A stretch of 64,000 bases of DNA from Balanoglossus misakiensis (lineage: Eukaryota; Animalia; Hemichordata): positions 10,858,017 to 10,922,016 of the forward strand of contig CM082592.2 in assembly GCA_040954595.2 (NCBI GenBank), given 5' to 3'. The notes under the pieces were generated by a model. It ran no database searches. It worked only from the letters and a program-made list of their open reading frames with translations, and was not told the origin of the DNA. This document shows positions 1 through 12,011 of this stretch, piece by piece. Within the stretch, counting starts at the first letter, position 1; every line of letters begins with the position of its first letter. The position numbers were made by a program, and so were the translations under genes.

Positions 1-3000
1 ACTTCCCTGTGTGACAATCTCGAAGGCTATGCCAGAAGTTGTCAGGAGAACGGAGGAAGTCTTGAAGATTGGAGAAAGCTTCTGTGTCGTAAGTTATTAG
101 CTATTGCTGCCATTTTAAAGCGCTTAGAATGACTGCAGAGTGCTTCATAACAGTTTTGCTGTCACACTATCAAAGTACCAAAAATTCTTTGATCAAACCA
201 CATAATGTATGATTCTTTCTCGCAGCCATTGAATGCAAGGCACCTGCAGTATACAAATTGTTGACATCTGCCTGCCCTGCTACCTGTCGCAATCCAAATG
301 CTGGGAGAAGGTGCTCTGAAAAACCACTTGAAGGATGTGAGTGTCCTGAGGGAACACTTTTGGATGGAGATAGATGTGTGCCACCTGACCATTGTGGTTG
401 TAGATATAAAGGAAAAATCTATGAGGTACGTATCAATTAAAAGTGTTGTTTTCAAACAAAAGTATGGCAATATGTTCTCCCATATTCAGTACTGAAGTTA
501 TCATATTCTTTCTCATTTACTCATTTTCCCATCTATATTATCCACAGCGTGGCCACAGCTTCGTGCCAGGAGGCTGTAAAGAGACCTGTGAATGCACAGT
601 TGATGGAGAGACCAAATGCGAGCCCCTTGAATGCCCTGATAATGCCTACTGTGGTTATGATAGCCAGGAAAACTATGGGTGTCATTGTTTTGCCGGGTAT
701 GAGTTGATCAATGAGGAATGTCAACTGAGTAAGTACCCTTTCAGCAGCTGGAAATCTGAGTCAGACATTTGCTTACATTTCTTTAGTTTTAAAAAGTTTT
801 ACAGACATTGAAGAAAAGAAAGATAAAGAGCAGGTAATTGAAAATACCCTTAACTGAAAAAATTTGCTTTTCTCAGATCGTGGAATCTGCAAAGTGTACG
901 GTGATCCACACTACATCACCTTTGATGGAGTAAAATACAATTTCCAAGGTGATTGTAGTTACATCTTGATGAAGAACTGTGAAAACATTAACACTTATCC
1001 TCCAGTGGAAGTGATAGCTGAAAACATTAAACCAAATCCGTCAGCTCGAGTTTCATTCACAAAGAAAATCATCATCCATGTGTACAATACGGTAAGTTGG
1101 CCAATTTCATATTTCTTTGATTCCATTCCGAAAAATATTTCCACTATTTCATGTTGAGTTGTGTCATTTTAATCATATTTTTATGAATTTTGGTATCTTA
1201 CGACTTCATCCCTATAATAAGTAATAACTGGATAAAGAACTATCACAGAATTGTGTTGAATTGTTTATGGTATCACATGGCCCTACCAAAAGTTTTTATG
1301 CAAATAACAGATCTAATAGTAAGCTTGATTTGTAACAGGAATTTGAATTGATGCTTGATGAAGAAGTGCGTGTGAATGGAACAAAGGTGACATTACCTGT
1401 ACAGCCTATTGATGGTGTAAGAGTCATTTATACGGGGCGTTATATTGTAAGTAACCTATACTGCTGAATTTGGCACAGTTTGAAATCTCTGAAGGAACAG
1501 CACTACATATTATGTTTGTCATCAATACCATGAATATGAACATTGATCACAATCTTATGACACCGATTATTATATAATGTTTACATTGTTTCTGTACTGT
1601 ACTGTACTGTACTGTACTGTAATGTAATGTAATGTAATGTAATGTAATGTAATGTAATGGAATGTAATGTACATGTAATGTAATGTAATGTACTGTACTG
1701 GCTTTTCAGTTTCACAGCACTGTTGATGTTTTAAAGTTCTAATGAGAATACTACAATACACACACAAACTCTGTCTCAGTATGTTTTTGCTGAAGATACA
1801 ACAAGTTAAACTTTCCAAAACTTTGTTGCCGACTTGTCATAATTTGAACATAGATATTTGGGAAGCAGAGAATCAGACATGACAAGTAACTGACGTAGTA
1901 ATTGTCGACTGACAACCAAAGAATGAACTAGCGACTTGATACTCATATGCATAATACCCATCTTTTGCAGCGCTTAATAACTGACTTTGGGATGTGGGTC
2001 AGTTGGGATAGTGTACACATAGTGTTTGTCAATGTTCCTGCTGGATTTTCCAACACAACATGCGGATTATGTGGTAACTTCGATGGAGATGATCAGAACG
2101 AGTTCACCGACCCACAAGGACAACAGGTACTCCAAAAGTAACATTATTGAAATCAATTACAAGAAAACAATCCTGCTAATATTCTGCTTTTCATTTTTTT
2201 TTTTTTTTGGGGGGGGGGGGAATATAAGATTTTGTGGTATTAATTTGCCACCATATTAACCATTAACCGTCACATAACTAATTTTAAGTGATAATGGACT
2301 TACCTATTAATGTGTACTATACAGGTTATTGTAACAAGCTTGCAACATTTCTGAGTGTCAATCACAACCATCGGTTTGCTTGGTAAATTACTAAAAGCAT
2401 TCCTTGAAAGGCACCGTATAGTTTGTAGATATATGTAGTTGGGTCTGGAATAGAAGAGAGTGCCCCATGTCAATTACACCTGCAGACATAGGTGAATGTC
2501 TTGGCATAAGCGACCAGAAAAAAAAACATATTAGGAATATGTAGTGTGTTAGCCAATGTAGCCAGTTAGTAAATTTTGTTTCTAAAAATTACTCACCTCT
2601 GGGTGGTGTTGCACTTATGCAGAATTCGTGGACGGGTGGGTGAAGGGGACTTTATCAATTTCACAAGCTGAAAAATATGATAGAAGAGGTGTATGTGTAA
2701 CTTTCCTGGGACATAATAGAATCATATAATTTCCATTTCACGAAAAAAAATATCAGTTGTGTATGTATTGCCTTCCCCAACCAACAAAAACGGGTTTTGT
2801 GACCGTTGCTTTACTTAAGATGCTGCGTGTAAGACCACTGCAGGTTCATTGTGGGCCCTGCTTTCTTGTCACATGGGCCCGTTTTTCTGACAGCATAAGG
2901 GTCACATTTCTAACGGATGGTCAATATAATTCAAAGCTAATATATTAAAAAGTTACAAGTTACGTGCAGTAGCTAGTGGTTTTGGCGGTAGTGGTTGCCA

Positions 3001-6000
3001 TGGTAATAGGTGGTGACAAATTTATTCAACAAGAGACCATCATTACACCTCTAATTTCGCGAACATTATTAACTAGTTAAAATCATCTTCCGGTTACATA
3101 CGCTTTCGAATACCTTACCCCATCATAACAGAAGTGTCCGCCTGGCAGTAAATATTCCCTTTGCTCGGGTCCGTGTCCTCAAACTTGTGCTGGCAAAAGT
3201 AATTGCATTGTCTGGGAGGATGCCTGGAAGGGTGTAAATGCTCACAAGGTAAAATTTAGGATGATAAGAGATGCGTTGATGTAGCCGACTGCGGTTGCAT
3301 CCAAGATGGATTCTATTGCTGCTCGGTTCGTATATCTTATGTAGGACTGACGCCACCAACGTTAGCAATTCCCTAGTGATGCAGCTATAGCCAGTATACA
3401 CGTACAGTCAATGTTTTGTTTCGAACTATATTTCCATATTTAGTTCAAAAGATTCTGAATAAAGTGGGCTTCTTTCACATGTTATATGTTACATTTTATG
3501 ATGATGAGTGAGTTGGTTTTGTAAGATGCAGGGAAACGTATTGTAACAGTCACATGGCCCACCCTCAATCTGTGTTCATTGTATGTTTATCATGCATTTG
3601 GAGGCCAAGATACGTTTTGTGAAGGACGGATAGAACTTGAAGCTAAGTGAATCTCTTTTCTCGCTTTTAGTTGGATGACCCCGTCGAATTTGGAAACAGT
3701 TGGTTGTATGATGACAGCAATTGTGACTCGCCAGAAGATGACTTCAATCCATGTGACGACAGAACAGCGAATGAAGTGTATGAAGTTGCCGACGGATGTT
3801 CTATTATTTATGATGTAAACGGTGAGTACACTTTCTGTCACTCTCTCTCTGAGAACACCAGTTCTTTTCCATTTTTTCTCCAACAAGCAATTACAAATTC
3901 GACCCATTTATCTCTATATATATCTCAGCAAGTCGTATAATACTCAACTTTCAGGTCCATTCCGGGAATGTCTTGATGTCGTGGATTACACTCTTTACAA
4001 CGAAACATGTGTTTATGATTATTGTGCCCTGTTCCCGGACAATGACACTGTGTGTAACAATGTCGAGGTGTTCGCATACGCCTGTATGCAGCTTGGCGCA
4101 CAAGTATATCCATGGAGGACAAGCACATACTGTCGTAAGTTAAATATATAATCCCATAAACTCACTTCACTTTCTCAGAAATGTACGTCCTATTATGAAT
4201 TTGGAAAGGGTGCACAAGCTATTTCCACCCATCGTGTAAATGCACCTCGCACTGTATAATTTCTAATGGCAGTTATTCTCAAGATTATATGAATTCACCT
4301 ATAGTAAGCTCTCCAATCAATTAATAGGCTGTAACACAGCCTCATACCTGACATCAATTAAATATCTTGATCGTTTTTCCACCAAAAACCTTCCAGCTTT
4401 GGAATGTCCTGAAAACTCTGCGTACACCATGTGTGCTAATCCGTGTGAACCAACCTGTGGTGACGAAACCCCTGTGGTGGCCTGTGACGAGCATGCACCG
4501 TGTGTGGAAGGATGTTCATGCTTAGAAGGGTACATCCGAGAAGGGAATGAATGCATCGCAACCGAAGAATGTGGTTGTTCACGGGATGGATTCTATTACA
4601 AGGTGAGTAAACTATATCCTTATTAACATTACATCCAATGTAAAATAATTGTGATGGCGAATTCACAGAGTGAAACTTACAGACCGAGTTTAACGTACCC
4701 CACTTTCTAAATAATGTGTTGTAAAACATCTGGACGTCTGTGTTTTCGTAGGTTGATGAAAAAGTGTTGGACAGAGATTGCACGAGGGAGTGTATCTGTG
4801 AAAGTGGCAGACAACTGAGATGTTCGAATGTCACATGTGATACCGACGCAGTTTGCGAAGTCCAGAATGGAACTAATGGTTGCTACTGTATTCCAGGATA
4901 CTCTGGAAATGGATACCAGTGTTCGTCGGGTAAGAAATATCCATAGATACTTGATTGTCAGTAGTATTGTCCGAAGTCGAAGTATTGTAATGTAGATGGA
5001 CGGCTGAATGGAGATGAACTGGGCAAAACCTGTTTATCTGTCTCCAAATTATGTAAGTCGTAAAATTAGAAAATAATAAACGAGTGGACCAGCTCGTATA
5101 CTTGAGTTCCACTCTATACCTATGTTTAAAATACCTTCATATACATGGCTTGATCATTTTGGTCTGCTTGTTTTCAGAGTTAGAAACCACAACAATGATG
5201 GACACCCTCAACACAACATTGCCAACGACACAAGCAGGACAAAATGCTACTATAGAGCTCGATAATGCCACAGATGTCACCATACAGATTTCGTGGCACA
5301 TTGTAATCACATTTGATCTGATAACCATCCAGATACGATCTGACATTGGTGACTGGCAAGACTATATCTCCTACGGCGCCGGAAATATCACAACAACGGT
5401 GACAATAGAAGGCCTCCGTAGCAGCACAAGAGTGGAAATTAGATTCAGAATAGTCATACGTGGCAGGACCACATATAGCATCATCTTTGAGTTCTGGACA
5501 TGTGCAACTGGTGAATCTGGAACGGACTGCGGGCCTTACACAACAGAGACACCAACGGTTACAGATGGAAATGTCACGACAGTCATGACCAGTGAAGCTC
5601 TGACAGAATCATTCACTACAGAAAATGCCACTGGTTTTGTAACCACTCCCGTTGAAACAACTGGTGCACCTAGAAATATCACTGAAACCGTTTCGACAGC
5701 CTCTGAGATGACACATGCATCGGTATTCTCCACAGAAGAAACAGTGGATACTACGAAAGCAGCAAGTTCAGTTATCACAACTGAATCTAAGACACAAACA
5801 GTGACAACAGACATGGTTCCCGATGCCACCACTGCTGAGACAACATTGCCACCAATATTAAGTACACCAGAGACAGCGAATGTGTCTATAATCCTGTTGA
5901 ATGCTACTGACACTAGCCTTGTCATTAGATGGAATATGGCTATTACTTTTGATGTTCTGGTCATACAATTCAGAATCTCAAATGGTGATTGGCAAGACTA

Positions 6001-9000
6001 TGAAACCTACATCAGTTCAAATATAACAGCAACAATCGAGATAACACAACTAACAGTGAGTACCAGAGTCGAAATCAGGTTCAGAATAGAGATCAGTTTT
6101 ACTATCACTTACAGTGCCATCTTTGAGTTCTGGACCTGCGCAAATGGGCAGTTTGGAACTGACTGTGGGCCATACACGACAGAGGTACCGATGGTAACAA
6201 CAGAATCAGTTACTACAGACATCACAACTCCTGTTGCCAAGACTCCAACAGATGCTATCACCATTCCTCCTGAGATGACAAGTGCACCAACTGAATCTAA
6301 GCCACCAATGGTAACAACAGAAAGGGTTCCCGATGTGACCACTGCTGAGACAACATTGCCACCAATATTAAGTACACCAGAGACAGCGAATGTGTCTATA
6401 ATCCTGTTGAATGCTACTGACTCTAGCCTGGTCATAACATGGAATATGGCTATTACTCTTGACGTTCTGGTCATACAATTCAGAATCTCAAATGGTGACT
6501 GGCAGGATTACGAAACCTACACCAGCGCAAATATAACAGCAACAGTCGAGATAACACAACTAACAGTGAGTTCCAGAGTCGAAATCAGGTTCAGAATAGA
6601 GATCAGCTTTACTATCAGCTACAGTGCCATCTTTGAGTTCTGGACCTGCGCAGATGGGGAGTTTGGAACTGACTGTGGACCATACACGACAGAGGCTCCA
6701 ATGGTTACAACAGAATCAGTTACTACAGACATCACAACTCCTGTTGCCAAGACTCCAACAGATGCCACCACCATTCCTCATGTGATGACAAGTGCAACAA
6801 CTGAATCTAAGACACAAACAGTGACAACAGAAATGGTTCCCGATGTCACCACTGCTGAGACAACATTGCCACCAATATTAAGTACACCAGAGACAGCGAA
6901 TGTGTCTATAATCTTGTTGAATGCTACGGACACAAGCCTTGTCATTAGATGGAATATGGCTATTACTTTTGATGTTCTGGTCATACAATTCAGAATCTCA
7001 AATGGTGACTGGCAAGACTACGAAACCTACACCGGTGCAAATATAACAGCAACAATCGAGATAACACAACTAACAGTGACTTCCAGAGTCGAAATCAGGT
7101 TCAGAATAGAGATCAGTTTTACTATCACTTACAGTGCCATCTTTGAGTTCTGGACCTGTGCAGATGGGCAGTTTGGAACTGACTGTGGGCCATACACGAC
7201 AGAAGCACCAATGGTTACAACTGAAGCAGTTACTACAGACATCACAACTCCTGTTGCCAAGACTCCAACAGATGCCACCACGATTCCTCTTGAGATGACA
7301 AGTGCAACAACTGAATCTAAGCCACCAATGGTAACAACAGAAATGGTTCCCGATGTCACCACTGCTGAGACAACATTGCCACCAATATTAAGTACACCAG
7401 AGACAGCGAATGTGTCTATAATCTTGTTGAATGCTACGGACACAAGCCTTGTCATTAGATGGAATATGGCTATTACTTTTGATGTTCTGGTCATACAATT
7501 CAGAATCTCAAATGGTGACTGGCAAGACTACGAAACCTACACCGGTGCAAATATAACAGCAACAATCGAGATAACACAACTAACAGTGAGTACCAGAGTC
7601 GAAATCAGGTTCAGAATAGAGATCACTTTTACTATCACTTACAGTGCCATCTTTGAGTTCTGGACCTGTGCAGATGGGCAGTTTGGAACTGACTGTGGGC
7701 CATACACGACAGAAGCACCAATGGTTACAACTGAAGCAGTTACTACAGACATCACAACTCCTGTTGCCAAGACTCCAACAGATGCCACCACGATTCCTCT
7801 TGAGATGACAAGTGCAACAACTGAATCTAAGCCACCAATGGTAACAACAGAAATGGTTCCCGATGCCACCACTGCTGAGACAACATTGCCACCAATATTA
7901 AGTACACCAGACACAGCGAATGTGTCTATAATCTTGTTGAATGCTACTGACTCTAGCCTGGTCATTACATGGAATCTGGCTATTACTTTTGATGTTCTGG
8001 TCATACAATTCAGAATCTCAAATGGTGACTGGCAAGACTACGAAACCTACACCAGCGCAAATATAACAGCAACAGTCGAGATAACACAACTAACAGTGAG
8101 TTCCAGAGTCGAAATCAGGTTCAGAATAGAGATCAGTTTTACTATCACTTACAGTGCCATCTTTGAGTTCTGGACGTGTGCAAATGGGCAGTATGGAACT
8201 GACTGTGGGCCATACACGACAGAAGCACCAATGGTTACAACAGAATCAGTGACTACAGACACCACAACTCCTGTTGCCAAGACTCCAATCGATGCTTCCA
8301 CCATTCCTCATGTGATGACAAGTTCAACAACTGAATCTAAGACACAAACAGTGACAACAGAAATGGTTCCCGATGTGACCACTGCTGAGACAACATTGCC
8401 ACCAATATTAAGTACACCAGAGACAGCGAATGTGTCTATAATCCTGTTGAATGCTACTGACACTAGCCTGGTCATTAGATGGAATATGGCTATTACTTTT
8501 GATGTTCTGGTCATACAATTCAGAATCTCAAATGGTGACTGGCAAGACTATGAAAGCTACACTAGCGCAAATATAACAGCAACAATCGAGATAACACAAC
8601 TAACAGTGAGTACCAGAGTCGAAATCAGGTTCAGAATAGAGATCAGTTTTACTATCACTTACAGTGCCATCTTTGAGTTCTGGACCTGCGCAAATGGGCA
8701 GTTTGGAACTGACTGTGGGCCATACACGACAGAGGCACCGATGGTAACAACAGAATCAGTTACTACAGACACCACAACCCCTGTTGCCAAGACTCCAACA
8801 GATGCCACCAGCATTCCTCCTGAGATGACAAGTGCAACAACCAAACCTAAGACATCGACCGTAACCACACAGGTGGTTCCAGATGTCACCACTGCTGAGA
8901 CAACATTGCCACCAATATTAAGTACACCAGAGACAGCGAATGTGTCTCTAGTTCTGTTAAATGCTACTGACACTAGCCTGGTCATTACATGGAATATGGC

Positions 9001-11348
9001 TATAACTTTTGATGTTCTGGTCATACAATTCAGAATATCAAATGGTGACTGGCAAGACTATGAAACCTACATCAGTTCAAATATAACAGCGACAGTCGAG
9101 ATAACGAGCCTAGCAATGAGTTCTAGAGTGGAGATAAGATTCAGAATAGAGATCAGTTTTACTGTCACTTACAGCGCCATCTTTGAGTTCTGGACCTGCG
9201 CAGATGGGGAGTTTGGAAATGACTGTGGCCCATACACGACAGAGGTACCAATGGTTACAACAGAATCAGTTACTACAGACATCACAACTCCTGTTGCCAC
9301 AACTCTTGCACCTCAAACTCCAACTGAAGCCACAACCATTCCCCCTAAGATGACAAGTGCACCAATAGTAACAACTCCAAAGATAGAACCAGCTACTACA
9401 AGCGTCACGGCTTCAACGCCGACAACCAGTGTGCCAAAAACTCCAAGTGACGTTGAAACTACCCGTGTTGAGTCGACAGTAGCAATAGTGTCACCTACAC
9501 CAGAAACAGCAAATGTTTCTATGGTGCTTCTAAACGCAACTGACACTAGTTTAACCATCACATGGGATTTGGCTATTACGTTTGATGTACTCGTCATACA
9601 GATCAGATTAGGAAATGGTGACTGGCAGGATTATGAAACCTACACCAGCGCAAATATAACAGCAACAATCGAGATAACACAACTAACAGTGAGTTCCAGA
9701 GTGGAAATCAGGTTCAGAATAGAGATCAGTTTTACTATCACTTACAGTGCCATCTTTGAGTTCTGGACGTGTGCAGATGGGGAGTTCGGAACTGACTGTG
9801 GACCATACACGACAGAGGCTCCAATGCTAACAACTGAATCAGTTACTACAGACATCACATCTTCAATTCCGACAACAGCTGTCCAAACATTCCAGCCTTT
9901 CCCAACAGCAGAAAGTGTTGATATTACCATAGTTCTCGTCGTGGCAACAAATGATTCGTTGACAGTGAGTTGGAGGGTTAATTTCGAATTACATTACGTT
10001 GTTGTCCAAGTCAGGGTAAGGGTACGTGGATTCATTGTGAAGCGAGCTATTCCAGATGACGGCAGTTGGTACAATGCAACGTTTACAGATGGTAGTGCAA
10101 GCCAAGCAGTTGTCCGAGATCTAGAGTCAAATGTTCTCTATGATACAAGGCTATTGTTCATCTATGGCGATTATTCCACATACAGTACTCCTCAAGTGTT
10201 CAAGACTTGTGAGACAGGCGACGATGATCCAGACTGTGGCATAGGTATGTTAACTGTTTTCCTTTTGTTGCTTATTTGGAACACTCTGCAGAAATATCTT
10301 ATTTCCAGGTTCATACATGTTATCAAATGACAGCTGAGCAAAATCTTCTTTTCATTGCATTCTATGAAATTCTAAGCTTTATCATTTTGTTTTCATTCTA
10401 ATCAGTTGTTTTGACAACAGTGGAATCTCTTCAGCCAACTGAAGTTCCTACACCATCTGGTAAGTTTTCGTCTGATTTACAAGCAACACATTGAAGGTGG
10501 TTGATATAACATTCAAAGTTATGCAGCTGTTGCTGACACTGATACACATTGGAGTAGCTTGGATATGTCAGAGGATTTCACAACCTTAATTTAGGAAAAT
10601 AAACTAAGCAAACTTTAAGGTATTTGCGTATTACATTTATGTTTCCTAGGCTTGACAACCACACTCATCGTCGCCATAATTGCTGGTGGTTTGGCTGTCC
10701 TGCTCACCATCTCTACAGTGATATACTTCATCTGCCACAAACGGTAAGTGCTGTTTCAAGCTGAGTATTACGGACATTTAGTTGTTGGATTGAAGAATGT
10801 CTGGTTTGTGTATTGTGGTATTGAGTGTTCGATAGTAGCAGCAATAATTATGGGGGAAGAACATGCAACTACTTGATGGAAATTCTTAAGATTTGTGGGA
10901 ATGTTGTATATCTTTAAATGGTGAACTCCAGGTAAATGTTGCTCTACTCGAGGAATGTTATAGGTGTGTTAGCATTGCTGATATGTAAATATAACTGACT
11001 CGTCAAACTCATCCGGTCAGTCGCCCTACACCAAGTAGTGAACACGACATGTGTCAACGTCTATAATATGCAAATACAATAATCTATGCAAAAACATTGC
11101 TTGGTTTCAACAGAAGAGAAGGAAAGCTCCCGCTACGACCAGAGGCATTCATAGATGAGGGAACAGAACCAGCTCACGTTTACGTACACGACTACGACCT
11201 CGAGTCTGAGGAGACGACAAGGATGAAAGGCGAATCATCTAGTTCTGGGAGTGATTTAAGGAAGGAACTTAAGGACAGTGAAAGTTCAGCATCAGCCGAA
11301 AGTGATGAAAATATCACTCGATACAATGTCATGTACAAGTATAAATAG
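1..11348 (+). CDS. 5'-truncated VWD/C8/TIL (FCGBP/zonadhesin/alpha-tectorin-like) membrane glycoprotein with FN3-like + mucin-like repeat stalk, TM helix and cytoplasmic tail (~2370 aa within the window)
   Basis: Phase-consistent GT-AG exons: 1-88, 226-425, 548-728, 877-1091, 1339-1446, 1971-2126, 3671-3821, 3955-4134, 4397-4602, 4752-4929, 5178-10244, 10406-10459, 10650-10743, 11114-11348 (sum 7113 nt, divisible by 3). VWD motifs [14 protein letters not shown] and [10 protein letters not shown]; C8 motif GPFRECL...CVYDYC...WRTSTYC; TIL motif [19 protein letters not shown]...CVEGCSC; EGF-like [14 protein letters not shown]; hydrophobic [26 protein letters not shown] followed by HKR. Confidence 0.9.
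1592..1699. repeat. Compound pentanucleotide microsatellite (GTACT)n(GTAAT)n in an intron
   Basis: ctgtactgtactgtact... changes to gtaatgtaatgtaat... and back to gtactgtact. Confidence 0.95.
3132..3325 (+). pseudogene. Degenerate TIL-domain pseudo-exon inside intron 2127-3670
   Basis: After taacag the sequence reads [25 protein letters not shown], then in another frame [32 protein letters not shown]. This is the TIL cysteine pattern of exons 226-425 and 4397-4602, but with a frameshift (~3207-3217) and TAG at 3257-3259. Confidence 0.85.
5178..10244 (+). CDS. Giant 5067-nt exon: ten FN3-like beta-sandwich domains separated by Thr/Pro/Glu-rich linkers
   Basis: Lies within the 1748-aa ORF 5084-10330; acceptor ttttcag ends at 5177, donor g|gtatg after 10244. 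Repeated ~90-aa module [11 protein letters not shown]...VIQFR...GDWQDY...ATIEITQL...RVEIRFRI...SAIFEFWTC matches the FN3 strand pattern (SLxIxW, L in E strand, terminal FxT). The last copy has the more canonical [12 protein letters not shown]. Confidence 0.88.
5770..9300 (+). repeat. Coding tandem repeat, 510-bp (170-aa) unit, ~7 near-identical copies plus diverged flanking copies
   Basis: The segment gatg(c/t)(c/g)accactgctgagacaacattgccaccaatattaagtacaccag recurs at 5822, 6332, 6842, 7352, 7862, 8372 and 8882, an exact 510-bp period. Confidence 0.97.
10650..10743 (+). CDS. Transmembrane-helix exon of the VWD/FN3-like protein
   Basis: ttcctag|...cg|gtaag; encodes [32 protein letters not shown]. 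Absent from the ORF track because it is short. Confidence 0.85.
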
Positions 11349-11957
11349 ATTCATGTAGACCTACTACACATAACTAATTTATATTCCCCTATTTACGTTG
11401 TCCACAGTACAGAACTGTTCAAAACAGTTCGTATACATGTATGTGTGAACGCCACTATGTATACTCGTATGTATATAAGTCGTTATATCAAATTAATGAT
11501 AGAAATTCAAATTTGATTCATATTTAAACGAAGAATATTTGTTAAATGACAAAAAATCACTCAGTATATTTGTCGAGATTGTGATTAATAGTTTCAGTTC
11601 ACACTTGCCCGTTAGACGGGTGTCTTAAATAATGAATTTGCCTTAGTTTTGCCCCCATGATGACATTACTGGATTATCAGTGTTTATCGTAGCCATGAAA
11701 ATACTGGTAACTTAAAGTACTAGTAAAATGCATTTTATTGTGAATTTGTGAGCATCGAAGCTAATGTATATACTCAAAGTTCAAAACATACAAATGTTGG
11801 TCATTTTGAACACATTTATCACGAGTAATAATCAGGCTAAAACTTATTTTGATTATTTTATTTTAAATATTGCATACAACGTTGCTACAGTATTACTATT
11901 ATGATGCTTTAAATTTGCTATTGTTACTCTCTACATAAGTGGCATACATTGCGTGTT

Positions 11958-12011
11958 ACAGTATTAACTAATACAGTATTAACTGATACAGTATTAAATA
12001 ATACAGTATTA
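11958..12011. repeat. Short 15-bp minisatellite (acagtattaa(c/a)t(a/g)at) x3.6, probably in the 3' UTR
   Basis: acagtattaactaat acagtattaactgat acagtattaaataat acagtatta. Confidence 0.8.

Noticed and set aside
2194-2220. Abutting poly-T/poly-G run
   Set aside because: Simple intronic homopolymer with no further structure.
5137-9930. Recurrent minus-strand ORFs (MTRTSKVIA...)
   Set aside because: Antisense shadows of the Thr-rich coding repeat.
10245-10330. Hydrophobic end of the 1748-aa ORF ([11 protein letters not shown]...) as a TM or GPI signal
   Set aside because: It lies after a good donor (g|gtatg at 10244) and a proper TM exon follows, so it is most likely intron read-through. A retained-intron isoform cannot be excluded.
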